Source of the DNA: Macrostomum lignano
Lineage: Eukaryota
DNA: 64,000 bases
Direction of reading: 5' to 3'
Assembly: GCA_002269645.1 (NCBI GenBank)
Contig: NIVC01000467.1
Coordinates: 62,001 to 126,000, forward strand
The translations under genes and the position numbers were made by a program. The notes under the pieces are model-generated. The model saw only the letters and a program-made list of their open reading frames with translations, searched no databases and was not told where the DNA came from. Positions 1 through 13,100 of this stretch are shown one piece after another. Within the stretch, counting starts at the first letter, position 1; the number at the start of each line of letters is the position of its first letter.

Positions 1-1278
1 GATAGATCGAAGGATAGTGGAGGGTGTAGATATAAAACTCAGGGATAGTTTTTCAATATACAGCAAATAATCAATTTTTATTAGCTATATAATATGAACT
101 ATTAGCTTAAATGTAATTTAAAGCAGTTTAAATTATTTGGCAGAAATATTTCCGCGTGGGCGGGGCCGCTGTTGCTATAGCAATATACTCGTACATGTAG
201 ATCGAGCGTTAGCGTGGGTGGATAAAAAGGCAGGATCTATCGACTATGGATCACACCACCGCGCCCACCAATGCCATCAGTACGTCAAAAAATTAATTGG
301 CTTTCCTCTAGGCTGCGGATGGTCTGATCCAGTGTTAGAGATGGGATAAATTTTGAACTTTTAAAGCAAGCAAATTTTCAACCTATGAAATTTGAATCTA
401 TGGGAACTGTGCAGGCAATTCATACATCATTATTGCTTAAATTTTGGCTTTTCTTTTTAATTGATGAAACCATTCCGCCGCTGAAAAAGTTGTTGGTGCT
501 CTTCGGCTCTTGCTACGCTTGTGTTGGTGGAAAAATTAGTCAAAAAAACTAGAGCAGGCATATGTGGGCGGCGCCCATTTAATTGAAGCAATTGCACAAA
601 AAAGAGGCAAAAGCACTTCTCTCTTGCTCTCTTTCAGACGAGATGAATGGCTGCAATTTTATTGTGCGTGGGCGGGTTAGCTGTTTGAGTCGTGTATAAC
701 GCAGCGAGCAACAGTGACAGCAATCTAATTGAGATATTCTGGCGTCCCATGACGAATAATAATTATGGAATTATATTTACCTTGCTCGCTCGACTCACTA
801 ACCTGCGAAATTATTTAATGATATTTGAATGCTTTTTAAATCCCTGTGCCGCATCTAAGCAGATAAAATTAAAATAAGTTTTTTTAAACCTAACCATAAC
901 TAACATGTACGAGTAGCAGATTGTAGTTGAAAGATCATAATTGCAGGGAACTTTTATGTAGCTTGAGTAGCTGTACAGTTAAGAATTGCATTTAACAGAT
1001 TTTAATTTGTTTTATGATGTACGCGTACGACATATTTACTCTCGTACATATAAATTTTACATCGCAAAAATAGAAAAGTGCACGAACTACTACGTAAGTT
1101 GTCCGTGAAAAAGTGTTTGGGGTAGAATTTAGGGATAATTTGCCAGCAGGTCGTTTGCTTGCCAATTTGCCCAGGCAGTGTGATGATTATAATTCATTTA
1201 AGTCGTAAACGAGAAGCAAAAAACTTGCAATATATTGTTACATCAACAGTTCGACATCTGAATTGTGTTGGTAGTAAC

Positions 1279-2842
1279 TAGGGGTGTTTGGGATGGCATT
1301 TTTTCGGGGTTCGGGGTTAACCCCGATCCCGAAAATATCTTTCGGGAATCCCGAACCCCGTCCCGAACATTTATCGGGAACCCCGAACCCCGTCCCGAAC
1401 CCTAATCCCGACCCCGAACCCCGATAACGCTGAAGTAAGCAATAGCATGAAATAAAAAGTGGTATTGACGGGCAATGACGGCTACTTACGACTATTAGCC
1501 TGTTTCAGTTCAACTTAAAATTAATGTGAAATTAATTTAAGGCAGGTTGCATTTCTTTTGTTTTCTTTTTCCAATAGTGAATCAAATAGTGAACTCAAGG
1601 TTCGAAAACCACTATTTATTCAGTATATTATTCAATTCCATCGATTACGAATACGAAATACGAACTAACGAACTTAAGAACTCAACGGTTGTGTTCATTG
1701 AGCAACAATTTTGCTGTGTTTGATGTGTGAAACATCATGTGCCTCTTTCTCTGCAGAGATAGAAGCTATCTTATCAATCAAGAATCAATCTCTCTTTTTC
1801 TTAATCTCGTTTACTTAGTCTTTGGTGGCATTGCCATCGATGCACGTTGACGCTAGTAAACACTAAAATAGTCTGAATTCTCATGTCATCTAATCAAAAT
1901 GATCAGACTACCAAGTGATAATAGAATAGAACGCGAGTCACTTTACAGTCTCTGGCTCAACGAATATGGCATACAGCTAATCGAATTTGTCTCGCAAGAA
2001 CATTAACTTGCTGAGCGATCAGCTGGTGAGGTGAAGCTTAGCGAGCTCTGCCAGCTCTGGAAGATTAGCGGAGTTCTGCTTCCAGAATTCGCTGACTGCT
2101 ACCTGAAAATTCTGCTGCGCCAGACTCCTGTACAGAGAAAGCTGATCAGCTGCTCTGCGCCTCGCTTCCTTCTTCCTCGCGTCTCCTCTGGCGCCGGAGT
2201 TCGATGCACTCGCAGTCGCATTGCACTCCTGAGTGGTAATTCCAGATAATCTGCAGAACTGCAAAAACTTGCATCCAGAGCTCTCTTCAGTACCCGAAAT
2301 GACATTATCGTGCATCTCCTCGGTAGCGGCCATTGTATTTGCGCTGCTGGCAGCAGCAGCGCCATCTTGTCCAGAAAGCTCTTGCTCAAGGCTCCAGATG
2401 ACCTCACTCTTGAGATGGTTTTGGATGTCCACCATGTCACCCAGGTTTAGATGAGGCGATGCGGCGATGGTATTGTCTAGAAAAGCAGCGGTCTTGTAGA
2501 ACAAGATGTTGAAGTCTTTGCACTCAAATGTGTAGCTTGTTCAGCTGCTCCATAAGACGCCTCCGAATGGATCGATCGACGCCGTCAACATCAGAAGAAA
2601 GAAATTGCCGCAGACCATAGCGGACGACATTCTAATTCATAAGGATTTTTTCGTAGTTCTATGGGAATTCAGAAAATTTGCGAAACCCCGAAAACCCCGA
2701 AATCCCGGTCCAAAATCCCGTCCCGAACCCCGATCCCGAAAATTTATCGGGAACCCGAACCCCATCCCGAACATTCATCGGGACCCCGAACCCCGACCCC
2801 TAATCCCGACCCCGAACCCCGACCTAACCCCGAACACCCCTA
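1279..2842 (-). mobile_element. Internally deleted hAT-superfamily DNA transposon with 5-bp target-site duplication
   Basis: TIRs TAGGGGTGTTTGGG (1279) and CCCGAACACCCCTA (ends 2842). GTAAC flanks both sides (1274-1278 and 2843-2847). CCCCGA(A/T)CCCGA-rich subterminal blocks at ~1305-1425 and ~2684-2835. Residual transposase ORF inside. Confidence 0.8.
2019..2504 (-). pseudogene. hAT transposase C-terminal remnant (dimerisation-domain region)
   Basis: Motifs FYKTAAFLD (cf. hAT A.FLDP) and EFWKQNSANLPELAELAKLHL (cf. hAT dimerisation FWK...P.LA.LA). It stops before the expected SxxSERxFS, has no ATG-led N-terminus and has an upstream in-frame stop at 2541-2543. Confidence 0.7.
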
Positions 2843-4156
2843 GTAACCAACGTACAAAGCCCCAGAAATCTACATTTATAATACAATCATGCGAGTTTCT
2901 GAACTGCTGGATAGCCTTTGTGCATTGTTGTAATATAAGTTTTTAGTCGGTGGATTAGCAGAAACTTAAGTAATGGCTAGCTCCTAATAAAACAGCCGAT
3001 ATTCATGCCTTTTACAATGAAGCCTTTTATTATGCCTTTTACCGGGAAAAATGTTATTAGGATACAGTATTTACAACAAAATTAGACTAGCAAAGTCCTT
3101 GGTTTATTTTTCTATAATATAAAAAGAGGATTTTGTAACTGTTTTTGCCGTTTTTAGGATCACGTCTATCATAAATAAAAATTTTGAAGCCGCTTTTGAT
3201 AAAATAATAATCGTAAAAAACGAAAAAAGTGATTTAACAGCTTGTATTTTCGTGTGGCGGTGATTTAAAGGTAACGTATTTCTTGAAAAGGTTAAAAATT
3301 ATCGTGGAGACCAGTAAGAGACCGCTGCACAGCATTTTCATTGACAATGCCAAGTTACTGCTTTCAATTTACTTTTCCGACTTTCTAAATATATTTTTCA
3401 TGCGATGTTTACATTTTAGTTGTAATTCAGTTGATTTTGAGCTGCAAATACAATTTAATATTGAGCTTGTTAAGTGATCGAGTGTTTTAGCTCATGTTTA
3501 ACTCTGTACTTGGACAGTAATCCTTAGTTTAAAGCCTAAAAATCCATTCAAAAGTATTCGAACGATTTCAAATGATTTTTTGTAATCCCAGTATTGTAAA
3601 AATGTTGTTAACACTAATAGCTATATAAGTAAAAAGATATTACAATAAGCAGATAGATTTGTCATTATTTTGTGCCAGCTATTCCTAATAGCATCTGTTG
3701 GTTTGCTTTTTGACAGTGAATATAAGTTAAATTGTTTAAAGGTAATTTCTTAATAAATTATAATGTTTAAGTAGTAATTTTCTATACAGTTATTGTGTTG
3801 AGCAATTGCTTACTGCAGTTTTAATTAAATTGATAGCTTTAAAAACATTGTTAATGTTTTAAATAAATGATGAAATACTTTGTAATTTCTGAATTGTCTT
3901 AGTTGTTTCGAAAAATTCTGTGTATAAAGCATTTTATTTTATTCATACACATATCCAAATATTAAATATATTATTTTTAGTTATGTAAAGAAAAACCCCA
4001 GACTGTTTTTAGGAATCAAGCTTATATCTTTTTCAAATACTTCTTTATTTTCAGCCTAGCAGCATTGGGGTTCCTCGCTGATCAGGCAACTGCTTGGAAT
4101 CTCATTTAGGAGACAGTCTTGCTCAAGTCCCGACCAAGTTCCTGAATATTAAAAAA

Positions 4157-7100
4157 ATGGTAGAACTACAGGACAACTACAGAAGCATCCACTGGAACCC
4201 GGAACTTCTGGCCTCACGCGATACCGGCTTCGCTTCGGCCGATTTTAGCGAACAAGCTGAGCACCAGGCCTACCATCAGCTTCAAACGGAGAATCTGAGC
4301 GCTAAGCTGTACGAGCGGTCGCGTATTAAAGCTCTGGCTGAAGAGAGAGAAGCGGTGCAAAAGAAGACATTTACTAAATGGCTCAACCTTCATGTTGCAC
4401 GGTTTGACTTTTATGTTCAAGATCTCTATCTGGAATTGCGAGATGGAAAGGTAGGTTTAATGTAATTCATTTCCATATTACATTTAACAACTCTATTCGT
4501 ATCGATCTTGGCGCTTATGAGAGGTTTTATCAGAGGTTGTTGCGAAATTGACCCGATATTTTAGCTCAATAGTTCAATAAAACTAGTTACTATATAAATA
4601 ATAATAATAATAATACAATTATTGATTACACCTGCCCTGATGGCCAGATGTGCAACCGACAGCTCAGCCGCAGCTATAGAGCGGCGCATCTGAAGGCTGC
4701 GTACGGCTGTTCAGTCCAAAGACTGGGGGCTCGCCACACACCTTCAATTACCCCAGCTAATGCTGGCACCCATTTAACTGAAGCAATGCAGAGTTAAGTG
4801 TCTTGCTTAAAAACATAAATTGTTCCGAGCGGGTCGAGAATCGAACCCCCGACCTTTCAGTCGTGAGCCCGACGCTCTAACCTCTAGGCTACAAGCCCCT
4901 ATATATTTATGTCTCTGATTATTTTGTTATACTGTACTGAAAAACATCCTACGCTAGAATTCCTTTCCGAAATTGAAATTAACTTGTCTAAATCCAACTG
5001 TCTTGTCAGGTACTGCTCAAACTACTCGAGTCGCTGACTGGCGATCGACTGCCTCGACCAACTCGCGGTCGAATGCGAATTCACTGTCTGGAGAATGTTG
5101 ATAAATCATTGTGCTACTTGACTGAGCAATGCGTTCACCTGGAGAATCTCGGCGCGCACGACATTGTTGATGGCAATGCCAGGCTGACCCTGGGCCTGAT
5201 CTGGACTATTATACTGCGGTTCCAGATTCAAAGCGTGCTAGAGGATGTTCAAGAACAACCGGAGGACGAGTGCAGATCCGTGACGTTGACAACGTTGGCA
5301 GAATTTGTTGCTCCATCGCAGTCCGACAGTCGGCAGGCTAAAGACGCCCTGCTGTTGTGGTGCCAGATGAAAACTGCCGGCTATGCAAATGTGAATGTGA
5401 GGAATTTTACTAACAGCTGGCAGGACGGACTGGCGTTTAATGCCATCATTCACAGGCACAGGTGAGCGGGGACTGCTGGCTGAAGTTTTATGGGGTGTTG
5501 TATGAGCTCATTGTAGGGTGATGTATGAGCTCATTGTAGGGTGATGTATGATCTCATTGTAGGGTGATGTATGAGCTCATTGTAGGGTGATGTATGAGCT
5601 CATTGTAGGGTGATGTATGAGCTCATTGTAGGGTGATGTGTGAGCTCATTGTAGGGTGATGTATGAGCTCATTGTAGGGTGATGTATGAGCTCATTGTAG
5701 GGTGATGTATGAGCTCATTGTAGGGTGCTGTATGAGCTCATTGTAGGGTGATGTATGAGCTCATTGTAGGGTGATGTATGAGCTCATTGTAGGGTGATGT
5801 ATGAGCTCATTGTAGGGTGATGTGTGAGCTCATTGTAGGGTGATGTATGTATGAGCTCATTGTAGGGTGATGTATGAGCTCATTGTAGGGTGGTGTATGA
5901 GCTCATTGTAGGGTGATGTATGAGCTCATTGTAGTGTGTTGTATAAGCTCATTGTAGTGTGTTGTATGTGTTGTGTATTGCAAAGGCATGCGATGCGTAG
6001 GGGTAGTTCGTAGTTCGGGGACAGCGTTTCTAGAAACTTCCACCGCGGACTTGTTTACGCATAGTTCCAGAAGTTTCCTTCCCCGGTCTTTCTAGAACTT
6101 TCCTTCCGAGGATATATACGAGCCGCCCTCCTATTGGCCAAGCCCCTTCTTTTGGTGCCACTGAGCGCCCGGATAATCTATCTTGTTTCTGCGTTCGTTA
6201 ATTCAACAACAGAACATTGGCGACGAGGATGGCGGCTAGCATCCCTGCACCCACGCCCTTCCTGGCGAACTGCGGATCACCGACAGTACCATGGAGCCGA
6301 TGGATTGAGGCCTTTGAATTTTATTACGAGGCGGCCCAATTCAAGGAGCCCGAAGGGAAGGAAGAGGCGAAACCGCTGAAGAAGAGCCTTCTGCTCCATC
6401 TGCTTGGGTTCGAAGGTCAGCGGGTTGCTCGAGCACGCCAAGCAATCAAGGAGAACGACACGTTCGCAGCAACTAAGGCGGAGCTCGAGAAAATTTTCGG
6501 CGAGAAGCCCAACGTGATGGTAGCCAGATATCGCTTCCGCCAGCGCCAGCAGCTACCCGGCGAGGACGTCAAGACCTTCGTGGCAGCCCTGAGGGAGCTG
6601 ACGGAGCTGTGCAACTACGGCGCGATACAGGACGATCTCATCAGAGACCAGCTGGCTGAGAAGACCAGTAACCCCAGAATCCGAGAGAGGCTGCTGACGG
6701 AGAAGGTGGAGGACCTCAACCTGGCGAAAGCGCTCAGCATCGCGGTCTCCATCGAGGAAGCCTCCAAAGAAGCCAAGGCGATGGCGCCATCAATCTCGAG
6801 CACGGCAGCCGTCCAATCGATCCGACAGCCGAGGGGCCAGAAGGTCGCTGCAAAGGGGAGGCACCGCCCAGCACCAGCTGGCAGGACAGCCAAACCCGGC
6901 GGCGCCTGCACGCGCTGTGGGCGAGACCACGGACCCCCTGTCCGGCCAAGGGCAAGACATGCGACGCTTGTGGCAAGAAGAACCACTTCCGGAGTTGCTG
7001 TCGCAGCCAGCAGGCTGCTGTCAATGCCGCGGACGAGGTGATCACAGTCTACGCAGTGGCAGGTGGCGACAGGGAGGTCCGGGCGACGCTGGAACTCGGA

Positions 7101-10100
7101 CCGGACAGGACCGCTGTCAGCCTGATGGTGGACTGCGGCGCAAGGGTGTCGCTGCTGTCCCGACAGACCGTCGACCGGATCTCAGGCGCAGTCACCTCTC
7201 CCACTACGACGAAGCTGCGTGCCTACGGCGGACTGCCGATCCAGCTAAGTGGTGTCACCGAGCTGGAGGTGCGCTACGGCGACAAGGCGATGCAGCACCG
7301 GTTCTTCGTTGCGCCAGGCGGCGACAACATCGTCGGTAGAGACCTGATGGAGAAGCTGGGCTTCCGAGTCGACCTTAGCGGGCAGCCGCCCGGAATCGCG
7401 GAGGTCAGCGACTTGACGGCGGACTTGCAGGCGCGGTACCCAACGACCTTCAGCGGTGCGATAGGATGCTGCGCCGGCGCTGTACACCAGCCCAAGGTCG
7501 ACCCAGCAGTGCGACCCGTCCAGCAGCCACTCCGCCGCCTGCCCCTCATGCGACAGGAGCAGGTCGGTGCCGAACTCGACAAGATGGAGAAGGACGGCAT
7601 CATCGAGCGAGTCAACGCTAGCGAGTGGGTCTCCAATCTAGTGGTGACGGCGAAGAAGGATGGCAGCATCCGAATCTGCGTCGACGTTCGCGAGCCGAAC
7701 AAGGCACTGATCGTCGACAAGCACCCGATGCCACAGCTGGACGAGATTGCCTCGAAGATCAAGAAAGGCCGTGGCCGAGTGTTCAGCAAGATTGATCTGA
7801 AGTCGGGCTACATGCAGATGCAGCTGCATGAATCGAGCCGCAATCTGACAGCCTTCATCACGCACAAGGGGCTCTTCCGCTATCGTCGAGTTCCCTTCGG
7901 CCTGGCATCGGCACCAGCTGCTTTCCAGCGCATGCTCGACGATCAGGCCGCCGACCTCGACGGAGTGGAGCACATCCTGGATGACTTCATCGTGTACGGG
8001 CGCAGCGAGGAGGAGCATGATCGACGACTGGAGAAGTTGCTCCAGCGCCTCGAGGACAAGGGCATGACGGTGAACAAGCAGAAGTGCGCCTTCAAGCAGA
8101 AAGAGGTCGAATTCTTCGGATTCGTGATCTCGGAGGCCGGCATCCGGCCAACGGAGTCAGCCACAGCGGCCATCAGGGACATCCGGCAGCCCGGAGATCA
8201 GAAGGCGTTGAAGTCATTCCTAGGCGCCGCTAACTTCCTGATGCGCTTCGTGCCGCACTACGCCGACATCACAGAGCCGCTTCGAAGGCTCCTGAAGGCC
8301 GGCTCCAACTTCGACTGGACGCCGGAGTGCCAACGGGCGTTCGAAGCAGTGAAGGACGCCATCAGCAAGGCACCGACGCTCGCCCACTTCGACCCGAAGG
8401 CCGACACTATTGTCACCACGGATGCCAGCGCCAAGGCCATCGGAGCCCAGCTGTCGCAGATCCAGGACGGCGTCGAGCGACCGGTCGCCTTCGCCGCCCG
8501 AGCGCTGACGACGACGGAACAGCGCTACGCCGCGAACGAGCGCGAGGCACTGGCTAGCCTCTGGGCGATGGAGAAGTGGCATTTCTACCTCTACGGTCGC
8601 CACTTCGAGCTGCGCACAGATCATCAGGCGCTGCAGCAGCTGCTTCTGGGACCGACCGGCACGGGACACCGGCCACTGCGGATCCACAGGTGGTGCGACC
8701 GGCTGCTGCAGTACGACTTCCACGTGCGCTACCTGCCAGGAAACAGCAACTACGTTGCCGATCTGCTTTCCCGGCGGAGCAGCGGATCGGAGCTAAACCT
8801 GATCCACCTGCCCGACACTCCAGGCCCGAGAGTCAAGGCGGTCACACTGGAAGCACTTAGCGCAGGGACCGCAGCCGACGAGACACTGAGGACAGCCATC
8901 AGGAGCGTCATTAGCGGCCGGTGGCCAGCTGACATCGACGACGTCGAGCTGCGGGCGCTCTGGAAGGTGCGCGAACAGCTAAGCGTCTGGAACAACGGCG
9001 AATGCCTTGCCTTCCAGGAGAGAGCGGTCATCCCGGAGTCTCTCCGCGGCCAGCTTCTCGAGCAGGCTCACGAAGGGCACCAGGGCATCGTGCGCACCAA
9101 GCAGGCGCTCCGCGACTCTGTCTGGTGGCCCGCCATGGACAAGGCGGTCGAGACCTTCGTGCGACACTGCGTAGCGTGCGAGACAGCCGAGAAGAACTTT
9201 AAGGTCAGTCCGGCCCCGCTCAAGACCATACGCTGGCCAGATTCACCATGGGCAGAGATCGCCGTGGACATCGTCGGAGAACTGCAGGCGGCGCCGGCCT
9301 CTAGCAGGTACCTCATCGTCGTGACGGACCTGCACAGCAAGTGGCCGGAGGTCATCCCGACGGCCAGCATCACCACGGAGACCATCTGCCGTGCGATGCG
9401 CAGCCTGTTCGCAAGGTGGGGGCTGTGCGAGAAGGTGCTGACGGACAACGGCCCGCAGTTTGGCAGCGAGTTCTCGGACTTCTTGGCCGAGCAGGGCATC
9501 CGGCACGTCAAGACCAGCCTCTACCATCCGCAAACCAACGGCCAGACGGAGCGTCTCAATCGGTCGCTACTCGCCAGCATCAGAGCGGCCATGGCGGAGA
9601 ACAGGCCGTTTCAAGACGCCGTGACCAACTTCTTGTCTGCCTACCGGAGCTCCAAGCACAGCCTGACGGGCAAGTCACCGGCCGAGCTCATGCTAGGTCG
9701 GAAGTGGCGCACCGCGATCACCATGCTGTCTCCCGGAGGGGGAATGACAACGACCGAGGCGACGCCTCAGGCACTGCGGCAGCAAATCGAGGCGCGGCAG
9801 CAGCGGATCAAGGCCTACACCGATGCCAGACGAAGGGCCCGCCCCGAGACGTTCCACCCCGGCGATTGGGTGAGAATCCGACGGCCCACCAAGAAGGGCA
9901 AGCTGGGTACCCGCCTCTCACGGCCACTACAAGTGCTCCGTCAGGCGGGACACCACGCGGTCGAGCTCAGCGACGGCACCAGATGGAACCAGCAGCGGCT
10001 GATCCGAACGCCGCACCCGGCGCAGCCGAGAGAGCGGTTCGACCCACTGGTGGACTCGGCGCCAACGACCGGAGCCGGCACGGCGGCACCGGCGGCACCG

Positions 10101-13100
10101 GCGGCGAGCCTCCGGCAAGAACAGCAGCGCCCCGCCGATCTGAGCGAGCCAGGCACCCGCCGATACGCTACATGAACTGCCGCTGGGACTGATTAAAGTG
10201 AAGCTTGGGGACTGTTGGACTCCTTGAAGGAGGGGAAGAATGTTGTGTATTGCAAAGGCATGCGATGCGTAGGGGTAGTTCGTAGTTCGGGGACAGCGTT
10301 TCTAGAAACTTCCACCGCGGACTTGTTTACGCATAGTTCCAGAAGTTTCCTTCCCCGGTCTTTCTAGAACTTTCCTTCCGAGGATATATACGAGCCGCCC
10401 TCCTATTGGCCAAGCCCCTTCTTTTGGTGCCACTGAGCGCCCGGATAATCTATCTTGTTTCTGCGTTCGTTAATTCAACAACAGAACAGTATGAGCTCAT
10501 TGTAGGGTGATGTATGAGCTCATTGTAGGGTGATGTATGTATGAGCTCATTGTAGGGTGATGTATGAGCTCATTGTAGGGTGTTGTATGAGCTCATTGTA
10601 GGGTGATGTATGAGCTCATTGTAGGGTGATGTATGAGCTCATTGTAGGGTGATGTATGTATGAGCTCATTGTAGGGTGATGTATGAGCTCATTGTAGGGT
10701 GATGTATGTATGAGCTCATTGTAGGGTGATGTATGAGCTCATTGTAGGGTGATGTATGAGCTCATTGTAGGGTGATGTATGAGCTCATTGTAGGGTGATG
10801 TATGAGCTCATTGTAGGGTGATGTATGAGCTCATTGTAGGGTGGTGTATGAGCTCATTGTAGGGTGATGTATGAGCTCATTGTAGGGTGATGTATGAGCT
10901 CATTGTAGGGTGATGTATGTATGAGCTCATTGTAGGGTGATGTATGAGCTCATTGTAGGGTGTTGTATGAGCTCATTGTAGGGTGATGTATGAGCTCATT
11001 GTAGGGTGATGTATGAGCTCATTGTAGGGTGGTGTATGAGCTCATTGTAGGGTGATGTATGTGCCCACTGTATGAGTGCATTGTGGAAGAATTAAGCTAG
11101 GAACTCATTTAAGGGCAATGCTGTAAATTAGCGGTTTATCGAATGACTCACAAAGGTGATACTTGAGAGTCTTCGTAAGACCCTCCGGATGGGCATCACC
11201 ATGGTTACCAAAATCGACACTAGTTGCCAAAAAATTGCATGAAATTAAAGCTTCGCTCCAAATATAAAGTGGAAAATATCAAACACTTACTCTATAGCCA
11301 ACTGGAATCCCGGCCTGAAGTGAATACATTATGCTATTTATGCTACCAAGGGAAACTTGCGTCAGCGCTGAGATCTAGCTTCTAATTCCAGAAAAAAGAC
11401 TACCAGGAAAAAAGGCAAATTTTCGCAGGAAAAAGTAAAAAAGCTCTACTTGATCTTCGTGTTTCCTTTCTTGGTTAGAAATTGAGACGCAAAACATTCG
11501 CGCGACTTTGCTTTGTAGCTAAAATGCCTACCTGTTCCCTCAACCTGTGGCGTGTGAATGCGTGAGAAATAAATAAAGAATGAAGAGGGGAAAGAGAGAT
11601 TGGAAAAGTTGACCATAAGTTTAGAATTACCACCCAGGTAGACCTGCAGGTAGCTTAATTAGCTAGCTCATTGGCTCAGGTATATTAGCTTTGCTGCATA
11701 GCAACACCAGTTCAAAGCAATTTTTTATTAAATAACCAACTTATCGTTATCGTCGATATGAGCATTTAGTTCTAAGAAAGCATGTTTTGAAGGCTTTGAA
11801 GTTTTCAGAAGTTTTAGATTAATTTTTACCCACTTTGCCTAAATTTTGCAATACTTTTATTCAATATTTTTTAGATTTAAAATTAAACTACTTTTAGTAG
11901 TTTACACAAGTGATTTACCCGATCACTTTAAAGATAATATTTAAAAACCAGCATTTTAACAAAACTTTTGCAAGATGTCTCATATTCTATAGAGTAAATA
12001 AACTACTAAAAGTAGTTGATACAAATATTTTATTGGGCCGTTTAAGAGAAAATTTCAAAAGCATGATTTTAACAAAAAAATTATGAGATTTTCATCTCGT
12101 ATTCTAAAGCTAAGAATAGCCTACTAACAGTAGTTTAAAAAGTAGTTTTATACTATATCAGTTAAAAATAATAAAACCAATATTATAACTTACATTTCTC
12201 TAAGTAAAGAAAAGCTACTATGAGTAGCTTACACATTTTTACATTTTTACAATGAGAAAGAGAAGATTACTGTACATAAGCTATTTGTACAAATACTGTA
12301 GCAAGGGCAGTGCTCTTTCAACCTTAGCCAGTCCTTATCTACGTATTTAGCTAGCCTATTTGCCAGCTTGGCAACTGCAGACAGAGTATCTGCGCAGTTT
12401 AGATGAGACTTACGAGTACTTACTTTTATAGAATGAGAGTCAGTCAAAAGCGCCTTCGAGACGAACCAATATGTGTTACTATTTAAGTACACCTCCCAGT
12501 GAGTATAATGAGAGTGAATTCTTCTATTTAACAGGCCGGATCTGGTAGACTTCAATGCGTTAAACAAATCGGAGCCCATGGCTAATTTGACTAACGCGTT
12601 TCAAGTGGCCGACGAGAAACTCGGCCTTGCTCAGCTGCTGGATCCCGAAGGTGAGCGGCTAGAACAGTTGTTGAACTTATTTTTTAGTCTGATATTGCTA
12701 GCGTCACTTAGCCTGAATTTGGCGCTAATTATCCTTAATTTGGCGCTAATTATCCTGAATTTGGCGCTAATTGTGCTGAATTTGGCGCTAATTATCCTGA
12801 ATTTGGCGCTAATTATCCTGAATTTGGCGCTAATTATCCTGAATTTGGCGCCACTAATCCTGAATTTGGCGCTAATTATCCTGAATTTGGCACCCCTAAT
12901 CCTGAATTTGGCGCTAATTATCCTGAATTTGGCGCCACTAATCCTGAATTTGGCGCTAATTATCCTAAATTGGCGCTAATTATCCTAAATTGGCGCTAAT
13001 TATCCTGAACTTGGCGCCAATTATCCAAGAGTTGGCGCCACTTATCCTGAATTTGGCGCCACTAATCCTGAATTTGGCGCTAATTATCCTGAATTTGGCG

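Larger units (their letters stand above)
5969..10488 (+). mobile_element. Full-length Ty3/gypsy (Mag-like) LTR retrotransposon, 4520 bp
   Basis: Identical 248-bp LTRs (TGTT...AACA), 5-bp TSD GTATG (5964-5968 and 10489-10493), PBS, PPT, and gag-PR-RT-RH-IN order. Confidence 0.97.
5494..11061. repeat. 23-bp minisatellite (GATGTATGAGCTCATTGTAGGGT)n, split by the LTR element into ~5494-5968 and 10489-11061
   Basis: Directly visible tandem units on both sides of the retrotransposon. Confidence 0.95.

Noticed and set aside
4826-4899. tRNA gene (also 47702-47775, 20040-20110 and 24355-24425)
   Set aside because: A and B boxes are present but the acceptor and anticodon stems do not pair properly, and each continues into a shared SINE body.
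7245-10192. Overlapping and antisense ORFs within pol
   Set aside because: These are expected by-products of GC-rich codon usage and contain no recognisable motifs.
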